From positions 800,001 to 864,000 of the forward strand of contig OZ219920.1 in the NCBI GenBank assembly GCA_964291415.2: a stretch of DNA of 64,000 nucleotides, in the 5' to 3' direction. Origin of the DNA: Alphaproteobacteria bacterium. Lineage in GTDB: Bacteria > Pseudomonadota > Alphaproteobacteria > SP197. The translations under genes were made by a program, and so were the position numbers. Positions 1 through 9,492 of the stretch are shown here, one piece after another. The notes beneath the pieces are model-generated. The model was not told the origin of the DNA. It ran no database searches and worked only from the letters and a program-made list of their open reading frames with translations. Position 1 is the stretch's first letter, and the number at the start of each line of letters is the position of its first letter.

Positions 1-1029
1 GAGCTTCTTGCCCACGTGGCCGGGCGGGCGCGCGACGGGTCGACGGCCCGCTATACCGGCATCTTCGGCATGCCGGGCCTGAGGGAAGCCCTGGCGGACG
101 ACATCAACGCTCTCTATGGCGGCAGCGTCGGCGCGGACGATGTCATGATCACCGCCGGCTGCAACCAGGCGTTCTTCAACACCATGCTGGCCCTGGCGGG
201 GGAGGGGGACCAGATCGTCCTTCCCGTACCCTGGTACTTCAATCACGAGATGACGGCCCGCATGCTGGGGATTTCCGTCGTGCCTCTCGGCTTTCGCCCG
301 GACCGTGGCGGTGTGCCGGATCCCGACGATGCCCGCCGCCTGGTCAGCGGCAGGACGAGGGCCATCGTTCTCGTCACGCCGAACAATCCGACGGGCGCGG
401 TCTACCCGCCTGACGTCGTCGATGGTTTTCTCGAGGTGGCAAGGCAGGCGGGATGCGCTCTGGTCATCGACGAGACCTACCGCGACTTTCTCGGCGCCGG
501 GATCCGCCCGCACGATCTCTTCACCGACGAGCGGTGGCGCGACACCCTGGTGCATCTCTACAGTTTCTCGAAGGTCTACTGCCTGACCGGTTACCGCGTC
601 GGCGCGGTGGTGGCCGGCGGACGGCTTCAGGGCGCCCTCGAAAAGGTGTGCGACTGCGTTCAGATCTCGCCGCCGCATCTGGGTCAGGAAGCGGCGCTCT
701 ACGGCATCCGTCATCTCGATTCCTGGCGGCGCCACAACGCCGGGGTCATGAGCGAACGGGCGCAGGCGCTCGCACGCGCCTTCACCCGCAACGACCTTGC
801 CTGGGAACTCGTGAGCGCAGGCGCCTACTTCGCCTATGTCCGCCATCCGTTCCGTGGCAGGGGTGCGGTCGAGGTGGCCCGCGCCCTGGCTGTCGACGAC
901 GGCCTCCTGACCCTGCCCGGGAGCTGGTTCGGTCCCGACCAGGAGGACTACATCCGCCTTGCCTTTGCCAACCTGGACGCGGACGCGATGCCGGTCATCG
1001 CCGGGCGACTGGCGCGCCTCGGCCCCTGA
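1..1029 (+). CDS. PLP-dependent aminotransferase class I/II (5'-partial)
   Basis: The frame is open from base 1. It has the TPNNPTG and DETY motifs and the SFSKVYCLTGYRVG PLP-lysine motif. Confidence 0.9.
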   Translation, partial: ELLAHVAGRARDGSTARYTGIFGMPGLREALADDINALYGGSVGADDVMITAGCNQAFFNTMLALAGEGDQIVLPVPWYFNHEMTARMLGISVVPLGFRPDRGGVPDPDDARRLVSGRTRAIVLVTPNNPTGAVYPPDVVDGFLEVARQAGCALVIDETYRDFLGAGIRPHDLFTDERWRDTLVHLYSFSKVYCLTGYRVGAVVAGGRLQGALEKVCDCVQISPPHLGQEAALYGIRHLDSWRRHNAGVMSERAQALARAFTRNDLAWELVSAGAYFAYVRHPFRGRGAVEVARALAVDDGLLTLPGSWFGPDQEDYIRLAFANLDADAMPVIAGRLARLGP

Positions 1030-1049
1030 TCACGCCGGTCCTCGGGTGA

Positions 1050-2285
1050 TCAGGCGGAACGCCCCATGCCCGGTTCCGTCGCGTTGACGAGGCACGCCAT
1101 GTTGCCGGAAGCATGGGTGTTGTCATGCATCAGCTGGTGCGCGTGGCCGATCTCGTCGAAGGTGAAGGTCTCGGAGAGGCAGGGATCGATCCGGCGATCG
1201 ATCATCAGCTGGTTGACCGCGGCCGCCTGCTCGTCGTTGGAAAGATGGCTCCCCTGGAGACGCTTCTGGCGCATCCAGTGATAGCGCAGGTCCATGGTGA
1301 TGTTGTAGCCGGTGGTGCCGGCGCAGATGACCACCATGCCGCCGGTGGCGGCCAGGAATCCGCTGGTCGGGAGCGTCGATTCGCCCGGGTGTTCGAAGAC
1401 GATCCGCGGGCTGACCCGCTCGCCCACGGCCTCCCAGAGGGCCTTGCCGAAGGCGCGGGCCCCCTTGACCCAGGCGCCGTATTCCGGGCTCGAGGTATCG
1501 GGCATCGGCCCCCAGTGATCGAAGTCCTTGCGGTTGATGACGCCAACGGCGCCGTTGTCGAGGCAGAACTGCCGCTTGCCCTCATCGGAGACGACGGCGA
1601 CGGCGCGTCCGCCCATGGCCCGGGTGATCTGCATGGCATAGGACCCAAGGCCGCCGGCAGCGCCCCAGACGAGAACCACGTCGCCTTCCTCCACCGTGTT
1701 GGGGGGCCAGCCCATCAGCATGCGATAGGCGGTGGAGGCGCACAGCAGGTAGCAGCCCGCTTCCTCCCACGAGAGGTGCGTCGGCTTGGGCTGGCACTGG
1801 TGGGCCTGGGCCTTGGCGAACTGGCAATAGCTGCCGTAGTTGGTCTGATAGCCCCAGATACGCGTGGTTTCGGCCAGCATGGGATCGCGGCCCGACCGCA
1901 CCCATGGGTCGTCGGGCGGCCACCAGCCCGAATGAACCACGACCTCGTCGCCCGGCTTGACGTTGGTGACGGCGGAACCCACCTTCCAGACGATGCCGGA
2001 ACAGTCGGATCCGCCGGCATGAAAGTCCTCCGGTTCGCCCTGTTTCTGGCGCACGGCGATGACGTCGATGGGGTAGCCGAGCGCCGCCCACACGTTGTTG
2101 TAGTTGATGCCGGTCGCCATGTTGTAGACGAGAACCTCGTCAGCAGCGATGTCGGGAACGTCGATGATCTCCCTCTGCCAGGCGTCCCGCGGTGCGCCGA
2201 AACGATCCTGGCGCACACAAAAGACGTGCATGCGCTCCGGAACCTCTCCGAGGGGGGGCCGCTCGCCCAGCGCGCAGATATCCAT
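1050..2285 (-). CDS. ccr: Crotonyl-CoA carboxylase/reductase family (enoyl-CoA carboxylase/reductase)
   Basis: Motifs [41 protein letters not shown] and [11 protein letters not shown]. The start is moved to the ATG at 2285, which has an AGGA RBS. Confidence 0.88.
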   Translation of the reverse strand: MDICALGERPPLGEVPERMHVFCVRQDRFGAPRDAWQREIIDVPDIAADEVLVYNMATGINYNNVWAALGYPIDVIAVRQKQGEPEDFHAGGSDCSGIVWKVGSAVTNVKPGDEVVVHSGWWPPDDPWVRSGRDPMLAETTRIWGYQTNYGSYCQFAKAQAHQCQPKPTHLSWEEAGCYLLCASTAYRMLMGWPPNTVEEGDVVLVWGAAGGLGSYAMQITRAMGGRAVAVVSDEGKRQFCLDNGAVGVINRKDFDHWGPMPDTSSPEYGAWVKGARAFGKALWEAVGERVSPRIVFEHPGESTLPTSGFLAATGGMVVICAGTTGYNITMDLRYHWMRQKRLQGSHLSNDEQAAAVNQLMIDRRIDPCLSETFTFDEIGHAHQLMHDNTHASGNMACLVNATEPGMGRSA

Positions 2286-2421
2286 GAGTCCTGCTCCCGT
2301 TCCTTGACCTGGCGGGCGTCTTGTCCAATGCCTTGCCACGTGCGTCAAGTCCCCCGCTGCCCTGATGCCCTCCACCCCGGGAGCGTTGAGACACGCTCAC
2401 GGCTGGCCTATGAATCATCCC

Positions 2422-2997
2422 ATGCAGCGTGACCGCGTCCTGATTCCCGTTGAAGGCCTGCGCCTCGCGGCTCTGGGAATCCTCGCGAGCAGGGGGCCGA
2501 TGGACTACGCCGCCCTTGCCACCGCGGTGCGCCTGTTTGCCACGAGCTACGGTGCGTCGCCTGTCGATGTGATGTCGTCCTCCATCGAGCTCCTGCGGTT
2601 CGAGGGCCTGATCGCGATCGGCGACGAGGGTGAGGATGCCGGCAGCGCCCGGGTGACGCTGATGCCCGGGGGACGCGACGAACTCGAGCGCCTCATGCTC
2701 GCGCCGGTCAGGGTTTCCAGCGCCTCCTCGAGACTCATGGTGGCTCTCAAGATCCGTTTCTTTCGCCTCCTCGACACGACAGGACAACGACGGCTGGCCG
2801 AGGTGCTGGGCGATACCCTGAGGAGCGAGAGCGCGCGTCTTGTCAATCTGCGTCGTCACATGGAGGGTGAGGATCCCGGGTTCCTGGCGTGGCTCGACCG
2901 TGATATCGCGCGCACCGGGGAGGATCTGGCGTGGCTCGAGGAAGAGGAAGCGTTGATGACGCGACAACGGCCACGCGATGACGATACATCCACCTGA
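2422..2997 (+). CDS. Hypothetical protein, PadR-like winged-helix candidate
   Basis: Pattern LRLAALGILASRGPMDY...SIELLRFEGLI...TLMPGGRDELERLM, followed by a helical C-terminus. Divergent from ccr and overlaps the MATE start. Confidence 0.65.
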   Translation: MQRDRVLIPVEGLRLAALGILASRGPMDYAALATAVRLFATSYGASPVDVMSSSIELLRFEGLIAIGDEGEDAGSARVTLMPGGRDELERLMLAPVRVSSASSRLMVALKIRFFRLLDTTGQRRLAEVLGDTLRSESARLVNLRRHMEGEDPGFLAWLDRDIARTGEDLAWLEEEEALMTRQRPRDDDTST

Positions 2998-4360
2998 GAG
3001 CATTGCCTCCGTCTGGCACGAGGCGGAGGCCATCGTCCGTCTTGCGGTCCCGCTCATCCTGACGCACCTCGCGCACATGGCGATCATGGCGACGGATGTC
3101 ATCATGATGGGGCGCATCGGTACCGAGACCATCGCCGCCGGTTCCCTGGCGCGGGACTTCTACTGGGTCATGGTGGCGTTCGCGATCGGCGTGCTCACGG
3201 GAGCGACCCCGGTCATGGCCCAGCACCTGGGGGCCCGCCGTTTCCGGGCGATCCGTCCGGTGGTGCGCAACGCGGCCTGGTTGTGTCTGCCGCTCACGGT
3301 GACCGTTGCGGTCCTTGCCTGGTACGCCTCGCCGATCCTCGTCATGTTCGGCCAGGATCCGGCCATCACCGCCCTGGGAGAGGCCTACCTGCGGGTCATG
3401 ATCTGGGGTCTCCTGCCGTCCCTGTGGTTCGTTGTCCTGAGCGAGTTCCTTGCCGCCCATGCCAGGCCCAGGGCGATCGTCGTGGTCACGGTCCACGCCA
3501 TCGCACTCAACGCCCTTCTCGACTACGCCTTCATGTTCGGCAAGCTCGGCGCCCCCGAACTCGGCCTCGTGGGCGCGGGCGTCGCCAGCGTCATCGTCAA
3601 CTGGGCTATGTTCGGCGCGCTTCTCTGGTTCGTGCATGCCGACCGGCGCCTGCGGCGCTACCGCCTGCTGGGCTATTTCTGGCGGCTCGATCGCGGCGTG
3701 ATGAAGGAGGTCGCCTTCCTCGGCGGGCCGATTGCCATCACGGAAGTCGGCGAGATGGGCCTCTTCTTTGTCACCACGATCATGATGGGCCTGATCTCGA
3801 CGGAGATGCTCGCTGCCCACGCAGTGACCGCCCAGTGCTATGCCTTCGTCTTCATGATTCCGGTCGGCTTTGCCCAGGCGGCAGCGGTGCGTGTCGGCCG
3901 CGGCGCCGGCGCCGGCAGTCCCGAGTGGTCTGCCCGTTCCGGCTGGATGGCGGTGACGCTCTCGGGAATCACGGTCCTGGCGCCCGTCATCGCCTTCTGG
4001 TTCTTCGGAACCGAACTCTCCTCGCTCATTCTCGACGCCGACGATCCCGCCAACGCCCACGCCCTGGGTCTTGCCGTGAGTCTGCTCAGCGTTGCCGCCA
4101 TCTTCATGCTGAGCGATGCGGTGCAGATCACGGCACGCGGCGCGCTGCAGGGACTCAAAGACACCGCGATTCCCATGGTCTACAGCGTCGCCACCAACTG
4201 GGGCCTCGGTCTCCCCTGTGCCGCTGCCTTCGGATTCTGGTTCGGCTGGTCCGGCGAAGGGATCTGGGCCGGCCTCGCCGTGGCCACCACCGGGGCGTCG
4301 CTGCTCCTCATCACCCGGTTCCGCAACCGTCTGCGGATCTTCCATGAGAGCGTCAGGTGA
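2978..4360 (+). CDS. MATE family efflux transporter (NorM-like)
   Basis: About 12 TM segments. Motifs LAVPLIL..DVIMMGRIG, AVRVG and GALQGLKDT. Confidence 0.92.
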   Translation: MTIHPPESIASVWHEAEAIVRLAVPLILTHLAHMAIMATDVIMMGRIGTETIAAGSLARDFYWVMVAFAIGVLTGATPVMAQHLGARRFRAIRPVVRNAAWLCLPLTVTVAVLAWYASPILVMFGQDPAITALGEAYLRVMIWGLLPSLWFVVLSEFLAAHARPRAIVVVTVHAIALNALLDYAFMFGKLGAPELGLVGAGVASVIVNWAMFGALLWFVHADRRLRRYRLLGYFWRLDRGVMKEVAFLGGPIAITEVGEMGLFFVTTIMMGLISTEMLAAHAVTAQCYAFVFMIPVGFAQAAAVRVGRGAGAGSPEWSARSGWMAVTLSGITVLAPVIAFWFFGTELSSLILDADDPANAHALGLAVSLLSVAAIFMLSDAVQITARGALQGLKDTAIPMVYSVATNWGLGLPCAAAFGFWFGWSGEGIWAGLAVATTGASLLLITRFRNRLRIFHESVR

Positions 4361-4459
4361 CGAGCATCCGCCGGGGCTGCGGCTTTCCCGGCCCTGCCGA
4401 TTGGTCTACAACGTGGATGCACGCAAACGACGGCTCCCGATCGGGGAAGGAAGGACACC

Positions 4460-5860
4460 ATGCTGAGGAACACCAGGTACGACGCCAGTGAACTGTGGCA
4501 GAAGGACCACGACCACGTCATTCATCCGTGGACGGATTTCTCACGATGGGACGACAAGGGTTCCGAGATCATGGCCGAGGCCGATGGCATCCATGTCTAC
4601 GACAGCCACGGCAACCGGTTCATCGACGGTATCGGCGGACTGTGGTGCGTCAACATCGGCTACGGCCGCGAGGAGATGGCCGAGGCGATTGCCGAACAGG
4701 TGCGCGCCATTCCCTACTACTCGCCGTTCCACCATCTCTCGACCCCGCCCGCAGGCCTTCTCGGGGCAAAGATCGCTTCCCTGACACCGGGAACCCTCGA
4801 TCACATGTTCTTCGGCACGGGCGGCTCCATGGCCAACGACACGGCCGTGCGCTTTGTCCACTTCTACTGGAACAACCTCGGCCGCCCCAACAAGAAGAAG
4901 ATTGTTTCCAGGGTGGACGCCTACCATGGCATGACCTACATGGCGGCGGCTCTGACCGGCATCGCCTACGACAAGATCGGCTTCGACCAGGCCGACGAGA
5001 TGGTGGTGCACGTCGCCTGTCCCTACACCTACAGGCGCCCCGAGGGCATGACCGAGGCCGAATTCTGCGACTGGCTGGTCGAGGACTTCCGCAAGCGCGT
5101 CGAGGAGGTCGGTGCCGAGAACATCGGCGCCTTCATCGCCGAACCCGTCATGGGCGCAGGCGGTGTGATCGTCCCTCCGGAGGGGTATCACAAGCGCATG
5201 TTCGAGGTCTGCAAGGCCAACGAGATCCTCTACATCTCGGATGAGGTGGTGACCGGGTTCGGCCGGCTCGGCCACTTCTTTGCCTCGGAGGACGTGTTCG
5301 GCATCGTTCCGGACATGATCACGTCGGCCAAGGGCATCAGCTCGGGCTATCAGCCGCTGTCGGCGACCATCGTGTCCCAGGAGGTGTACGACGTCCTCTC
5401 CACGCCCCAGGCCGACGGAGCGCTCTTCACCACCGGCTTTACCTATTCGGGCCATCCGGTGTGCTGCGCTGCCGGAATGAAGAACATCGAGATCATGGAG
5501 CGCGAGGACATACCCGGCCACGTGCGCAAGGTCGGCCCCTACTTCGAGAAACGCCTCGCCGAACTCAACGACCTGCCGCTGGTGGGTGAAACCCGCGGCA
5601 AGTGCTTCATGCTGGGTGTCGAGAACGTCGCCAACAAGGAGACCAAGGAGCTGTTGCCTGCGGAGGTCAATGTCGGAGAGCGCATTGCCGAACATGCCCA
5701 GGCGAACGGAGTCATCGTCCGCCCCCTCGGTCACCTCAATGTCATCTCGCCGCCGCTTATCATGACGGAAGCACAGATCGACGAGTTTGTCGGCGTCCTC
5801 AGGGGCGCCATCCTGGCGACCCAGGACGACCTCGTGCGCGAGGGGCACTGGAAGGGTTGA
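4460..5860 (+). CDS. Aminotransferase class III (omega-amine/polyamine type)
   Basis: Motifs DGIGGLWCVNIGYGR, FIAEPVMGAGG, SDEVVTGFGR, SAKG and GFTYSGHP. GGAAGGA RBS. Confidence 0.93.
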   Translation: MLRNTRYDASELWQKDHDHVIHPWTDFSRWDDKGSEIMAEADGIHVYDSHGNRFIDGIGGLWCVNIGYGREEMAEAIAEQVRAIPYYSPFHHLSTPPAGLLGAKIASLTPGTLDHMFFGTGGSMANDTAVRFVHFYWNNLGRPNKKKIVSRVDAYHGMTYMAAALTGIAYDKIGFDQADEMVVHVACPYTYRRPEGMTEAEFCDWLVEDFRKRVEEVGAENIGAFIAEPVMGAGGVIVPPEGYHKRMFEVCKANEILYISDEVVTGFGRLGHFFASEDVFGIVPDMITSAKGISSGYQPLSATIVSQEVYDVLSTPQADGALFTTGFTYSGHPVCCAAGMKNIEIMEREDIPGHVRKVGPYFEKRLAELNDLPLVGETRGKCFMLGVENVANKETKELLPAEVNVGERIAEHAQANGVIVRPLGHLNVISPPLIMTEAQIDEFVGVLRGAILATQDDLVREGHWKG

Positions 5861-5881
5861 AAGCAGGCCCGGCGGTTTCCG

Positions 5882-6556
5882 TCAGGGATCGCCGGGCACG
5901 CCGTAGCTGGGCGTGTTGCCGGGATCGAGGGCCCGCGTGACGTAGTCGTCCATTTGCGGGCCGAAGACATCCCACACGCGCCTCAGTTCGGCGATGGGTT
6001 CGTCGTGCCAGTCGACCCTGAGGTCGCACACCGGCCACTCGTGTTGGTGGCAGACCTTGATGCCTACCGAGCGCACCGGACCCATTTCGCCTCCGGCTTC
6101 CTCCCCTGCCTCCAGACCGCCGAGCAGGCGTTCCACGAAGGGGGCGTCGGCTGCCGCCTCGAAGGCGCGCACCATGGCGGTGGGAACGCCGGTGCTCGAA
6201 AGCAGGTTGCCGGCGGCAACGGCGTCTTTGCCTTCGGCGACCGCATGGGTCCCCAGGGTGCCCGAGCCCGAATGATGGGCGGTGTGTCCCAGGGAGTCGA
6301 TCATGGCGAGCTGGCGGTAATCCGGCCAGGCCCGCGCCTCGACGAGAATCGCCATGGCCCGTGCCGCGCCGTATCCCCGGGCCAGAAGGTCGAGGCCCAT
6401 GAGGCCCAGACCCGGGTCGGTGATGTTCTGGCTGGCGACGGCTCCGACATGGCCGCGCACCCAGGCGCAGCGGGCAGCGACGGCCGGGCTCGAGGAGGTG
6501 ACCACCACCCCGAACATGCCGGTTCTCCGGCAGCGGGCGGTCAGCGAAAACGTCAT
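5882..6556 (-). CDS. DUF1028 family protein (putative Ntn-hydrolase fold)
   Basis: N-terminus MTFSLTARC...GVVVTSSSPAVAARC, plus GAVASQN, AAGNLL and DLRVDWHDEPI. Confidence 0.88.
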   Translation of the reverse strand: MTFSLTARCRRTGMFGVVVTSSSPAVAARCAWVRGHVGAVASQNITDPGLGLMGLDLLARGYGAARAMAILVEARAWPDYRQLAMIDSLGHTAHHSGSGTLGTHAVAEGKDAVAAGNLLSSTGVPTAMVRAFEAAADAPFVERLLGGLEAGEEAGGEMGPVRSVGIKVCHQHEWPVCDLRVDWHDEPIAELRRVWDVFGPQMDDYVTRALDPGNTPSYGVPGDP

Positions 6557-6969
6557 GGTCCGTCCTCCGGGATGACCGCATCGACATCGATTTCCATCAG
6601 CATCTCGGGCCTGGCCAGGGCCTGCACGACCAGGCCAGTCGACACCGGGTAGACTCCCTTGAGCCAGCGCCCGATGACATTGTAGACCGGTTCCCGGTGG
6701 CGCGGGTCCGTCAGGTAGATGGTGATCTTGCAGATGTGGTCGAGCTCGCTGCCGGCTTCCTCGAGCAGGCGCTTGACACAGGACATCGCCATCTCGGCCT
6801 GGGCGGCCGGATCGCCTACGCCATGGAAACTGCCATCGAGATCGAAGCCGGTCTGCCCGCGCATGAAGACGTGGTTGCCGGCTCTCACGACCATGCAGAG
6901 ATCGTTGTCGAGCGTCTGCTCCGGGTACATGTCCCGCGTGTTGAAGGTTCTGAAACGCTGGTGTGCCAT
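6553..6969 (-). CDS. RidA/YjgF family protein
   Basis: Motifs VRAGNHVFMRGQTG, AAQAEMAM, PVSTGLVVQALARPEMLMEIDVDA. AGGAG RBS and ATGA overlap with DUF1028. Confidence 0.9.
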   Translation of the reverse strand: MAHQRFRTFNTRDMYPEQTLDNDLCMVVRAGNHVFMRGQTGFDLDGSFHGVGDPAAQAEMAMSCVKRLLEEAGSELDHICKITIYLTDPRHREPVYNVIGRWLKGVYPVSTGLVVQALARPEMLMEIDVDAVIPEDGP

Positions 6970-6999
6970 GAGGACTCCTGATGATTGGGCCGCTTCCCT

Positions 7000-8448
7000 C
7001 TACCGCGACATGACCCTGTCGGACAGTCCGGCGGCAGACTTGACGAACTCCAGCGGTCCGTTGAAGTCGAAGTTCCGGTAGACCGCGGCCAGGTGGGCGA
7101 AGGGCGGCGACTGGGCAAAGAGCTGGAATGTCACCTTGTGACCGGCGTAGTCGGAGTTGACGAGGTCGCGTCCGAAGGCGAGCAGGCGCCGCCGGTCCTC
7201 GGCCTGCCAGTCATCGTTCACGTTGTAGTACTTGTCCATCCACTCCTTGGTCTCCGGCGCGGTGAAGGCCGGACTGTCGGGTGTGACACAGATCTGCCCG
7301 CCGCACAGCTCGCGGGTGAGATGCATCATGGCCGGCAACTGGGTGCAGGCCAGCACGCGCCCGGTGAAGAGCAGCGATGGATTGGGCATCAGGTAGCCGG
7401 CCGGGCTGCGCTTTGCTTCGGCGATGGCCGCCGTCAGGTGGGCGTTGATGCCCTCGCGATAGCAGGCGAGCTGGGAGAGCTTTTCCATCACGGCCTGCTG
7501 GCGATCGAGGCCCGTCTGCCTGACGTTGAACAGGGCGGTGCCGATCATCAGGTCCGCCATGTGCAGGATGCGCAGCACGAACATGTAGGCGCTGTAGCGG
7601 TGCAGGGCGGCGCGGATGTAGACCGCCGCCTGCGTGTGGCGGTAGAACAGGATGTTCTCCCAGGGCACCAGGACGTTGTCGAAGATGAGCAGGGTGTCGA
7701 CCTCATCGAAGCCGTTGGACAACGGATAATCGGCCACAGGCTTGACGCCGGCGAATCCGCTGCGGCAGATGTGCTTGAGGTTGGGCGCATTCATCGGACA
7801 GATGAAGCCAAGCGCATAGTCCGAGAGCTTCGCGTCGCCCCAGTTGGCAATGGTTGGCTTGACGAAGGCCTGGTGGGCGTAGGCGGCCGCCGTCTCGTAC
7901 TTGGCGCCCCTGACAATGATGCCTGAATCGGTCTCCTTCACCACGTGAAGCAGCATGTCGGGATCCTGGTCCTGCGGCGCCTTGGAGCGATCTCCCTTGG
8001 GGTCGGTGTTGGCCGAGACGTGGAAGATGTCGTTGCCGAGAACATTGGTGATGTGGCGGTCGATGTTCTCGGCCCAGGAGCTGTCGACCTGGTTGAGGAC
8101 ATCCTTGCCGTCGGCAAGCGACCACAGTTCACCGACAGTCTCGTCACCGATGCGGGTCACGACACCGCCGATCTCCTTCATCACCATGTCGATCCACTCG
8201 CGCTTGGTCTGCCAGTCCTCGCGGGTGAAGGGCGGCTGCCAGGCGGTGGCGAAGGTCTCGCCGTTCTCCTCGAAGGTGAGGGTGTCCCTGAAGCGCTCTT
8301 CGTGGGCCATGTCGTAGACCCGGGCACGAACGTCGACGATCGGCCGGAAGGCCGGGTGATCGGGAACGCTCTTCACCCGTTCGCCGGAGATGTAGACCTC
8401 TCGGTCGTCACGCAATGAGTCGCGGTACTCTCTGCCGGTCATCAGCAT
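7000..8448 (-). CDS. Two-component flavin-dependent monooxygenase, oxygenase subunit (4-hydroxyphenylacetate 3-hydroxylase/HpaB family)
   Basis: N-terminus MLMTGREYRDSLRDDREVYISGERV..HPAF, plus TDPKGDRSK, GIIVRGAK and YPLSNGFDEVDTLLIFDNVLVPWE. Confidence 0.9.
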   Translation of the reverse strand: MLMTGREYRDSLRDDREVYISGERVKSVPDHPAFRPIVDVRARVYDMAHEERFRDTLTFEENGETFATAWQPPFTREDWQTKREWIDMVMKEIGGVVTRIGDETVGELWSLADGKDVLNQVDSSWAENIDRHITNVLGNDIFHVSANTDPKGDRSKAPQDQDPDMLLHVVKETDSGIIVRGAKYETAAAYAHQAFVKPTIANWGDAKLSDYALGFICPMNAPNLKHICRSGFAGVKPVADYPLSNGFDEVDTLLIFDNVLVPWENILFYRHTQAAVYIRAALHRYSAYMFVLRILHMADLMIGTALFNVRQTGLDRQQAVMEKLSQLACYREGINAHLTAAIAEAKRSPAGYLMPNPSLLFTGRVLACTQLPAMMHLTRELCGGQICVTPDSPAFTAPETKEWMDKYYNVNDDWQAEDRRRLLAFGRDLVNSDYAGHKVTFQLFAQSPPFAHLAAVYRNFDFNGPLEFVKSAAGLSDRVMSR

Positions 8449-8516
8449 CTGACATGTCCTTCCCTTGCTGAAGCGAGCGCAGAGGTTGACAGGATTGCGG
8501 CTTCCAGCAAAACATT

Positions 8517-8539
8517 TTCTATCGACACATTGCATAGAA
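8517..8539. promoter_or_regulatory. Putative LysR binding site (T-N11-A dyad)
   Basis: Inverted repeat TTCTAT-N11-ATAGAA in the AT-rich gap between the divergent monooxygenase and LysR genes. Confidence 0.6.
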
Positions 8540-8543
8540 TAAA

Positions 8544-9483
8544 TTGATACGCTACACGCTGAAACAGTTGCGCTACTTCACCGCCGCCGCCGAAGCCGGG
8601 AGCATTTCGGGTGGCGCCGAGCGTTGCGCTGTTTCCCAGCCCTCCGTGTCCGCTGCGGTTGCGCATCTCGAGGACGTGCTCGGCGTTCAGCTCTTTGTCA
8701 GACAGCACGCGCGGGGTCTCGCCCTGACGCCGGCCGGCCGGCGCCTGCACACAGCCGCCCAGGCCCTTCTCCTTCAGGCAGATGAACTCGCCGAGGAGGC
8801 CGGCGGTCTTGCAGGGGGCCTTTCCGGCGATCTTGATGTCGGCTGTTTCGTGACCTTTGCTCCCATCGTGCTGCCGGGCCTCCTGCGCGTCCTGGCGGCG
8901 AAACAGCCCCTGATCCGCATCAGGCCCCACGAGGACGACCTGCGGGCATTGCAGCATGGCCTGCGCAACGGCCGCTACGAGGTGGCGCTCACCTACGATC
9001 TCAACCTGGAGAAGGACATTGCCTTCGAGCCCGTGGTCCCGGTCCCGCTCTACGCCGCCTTGCCGGCGGACCACCGGCTGGCTTCGGCGGCGGTGCTCGA
9101 CCTTCGCGACCTGGAGGACGAACCCCTGGTTCTCCTCGGTCTGCCCGACAGCCGCGGGCATTTTCTCTCGCTCTTTGCCGAAGCCGGATTTGAACCCGAC
9201 ATTGCCTACGAGACGCGGTCCTTCGAGATGGTGCGGGGCCTCGTTGCCAACGGCTACGGTTACGGGCTTCTCCATACCAGAGCGCCACACAACCGGACCC
9301 TGGACGGCTCAAGCCTCGTCTGCGTGCCGATCAGGGAACCTCGCCGCGCGATGCACATGGGCCTGGCGCGATTGAAACAGGCGCGGTCCACGGGCATGAG
9401 CGATGAAGGCTTCGAGCGCCGCCTTCGGCGATGTCTGCCATGCCCACCTCGGCGGCCTCCTCGACAACGGGGCGCTGCCGTGA
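8544..9483 (+). CDS. LysR family transcriptional regulator (apparent 16-nt insertion near the C-terminus)
   Basis: HTH YTLKQLRYF...SQPSVSAAVAHLEDVLGVQLFVR and a substrate-binding domain. Removing nt 9402-9417 restores ...STGMSAAFGDVCHAHLGGLLDNGALP* with TGA at 9481-9483. Confidence 0.85.
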
Positions 9484-9492
9484 CTCTCGCCG

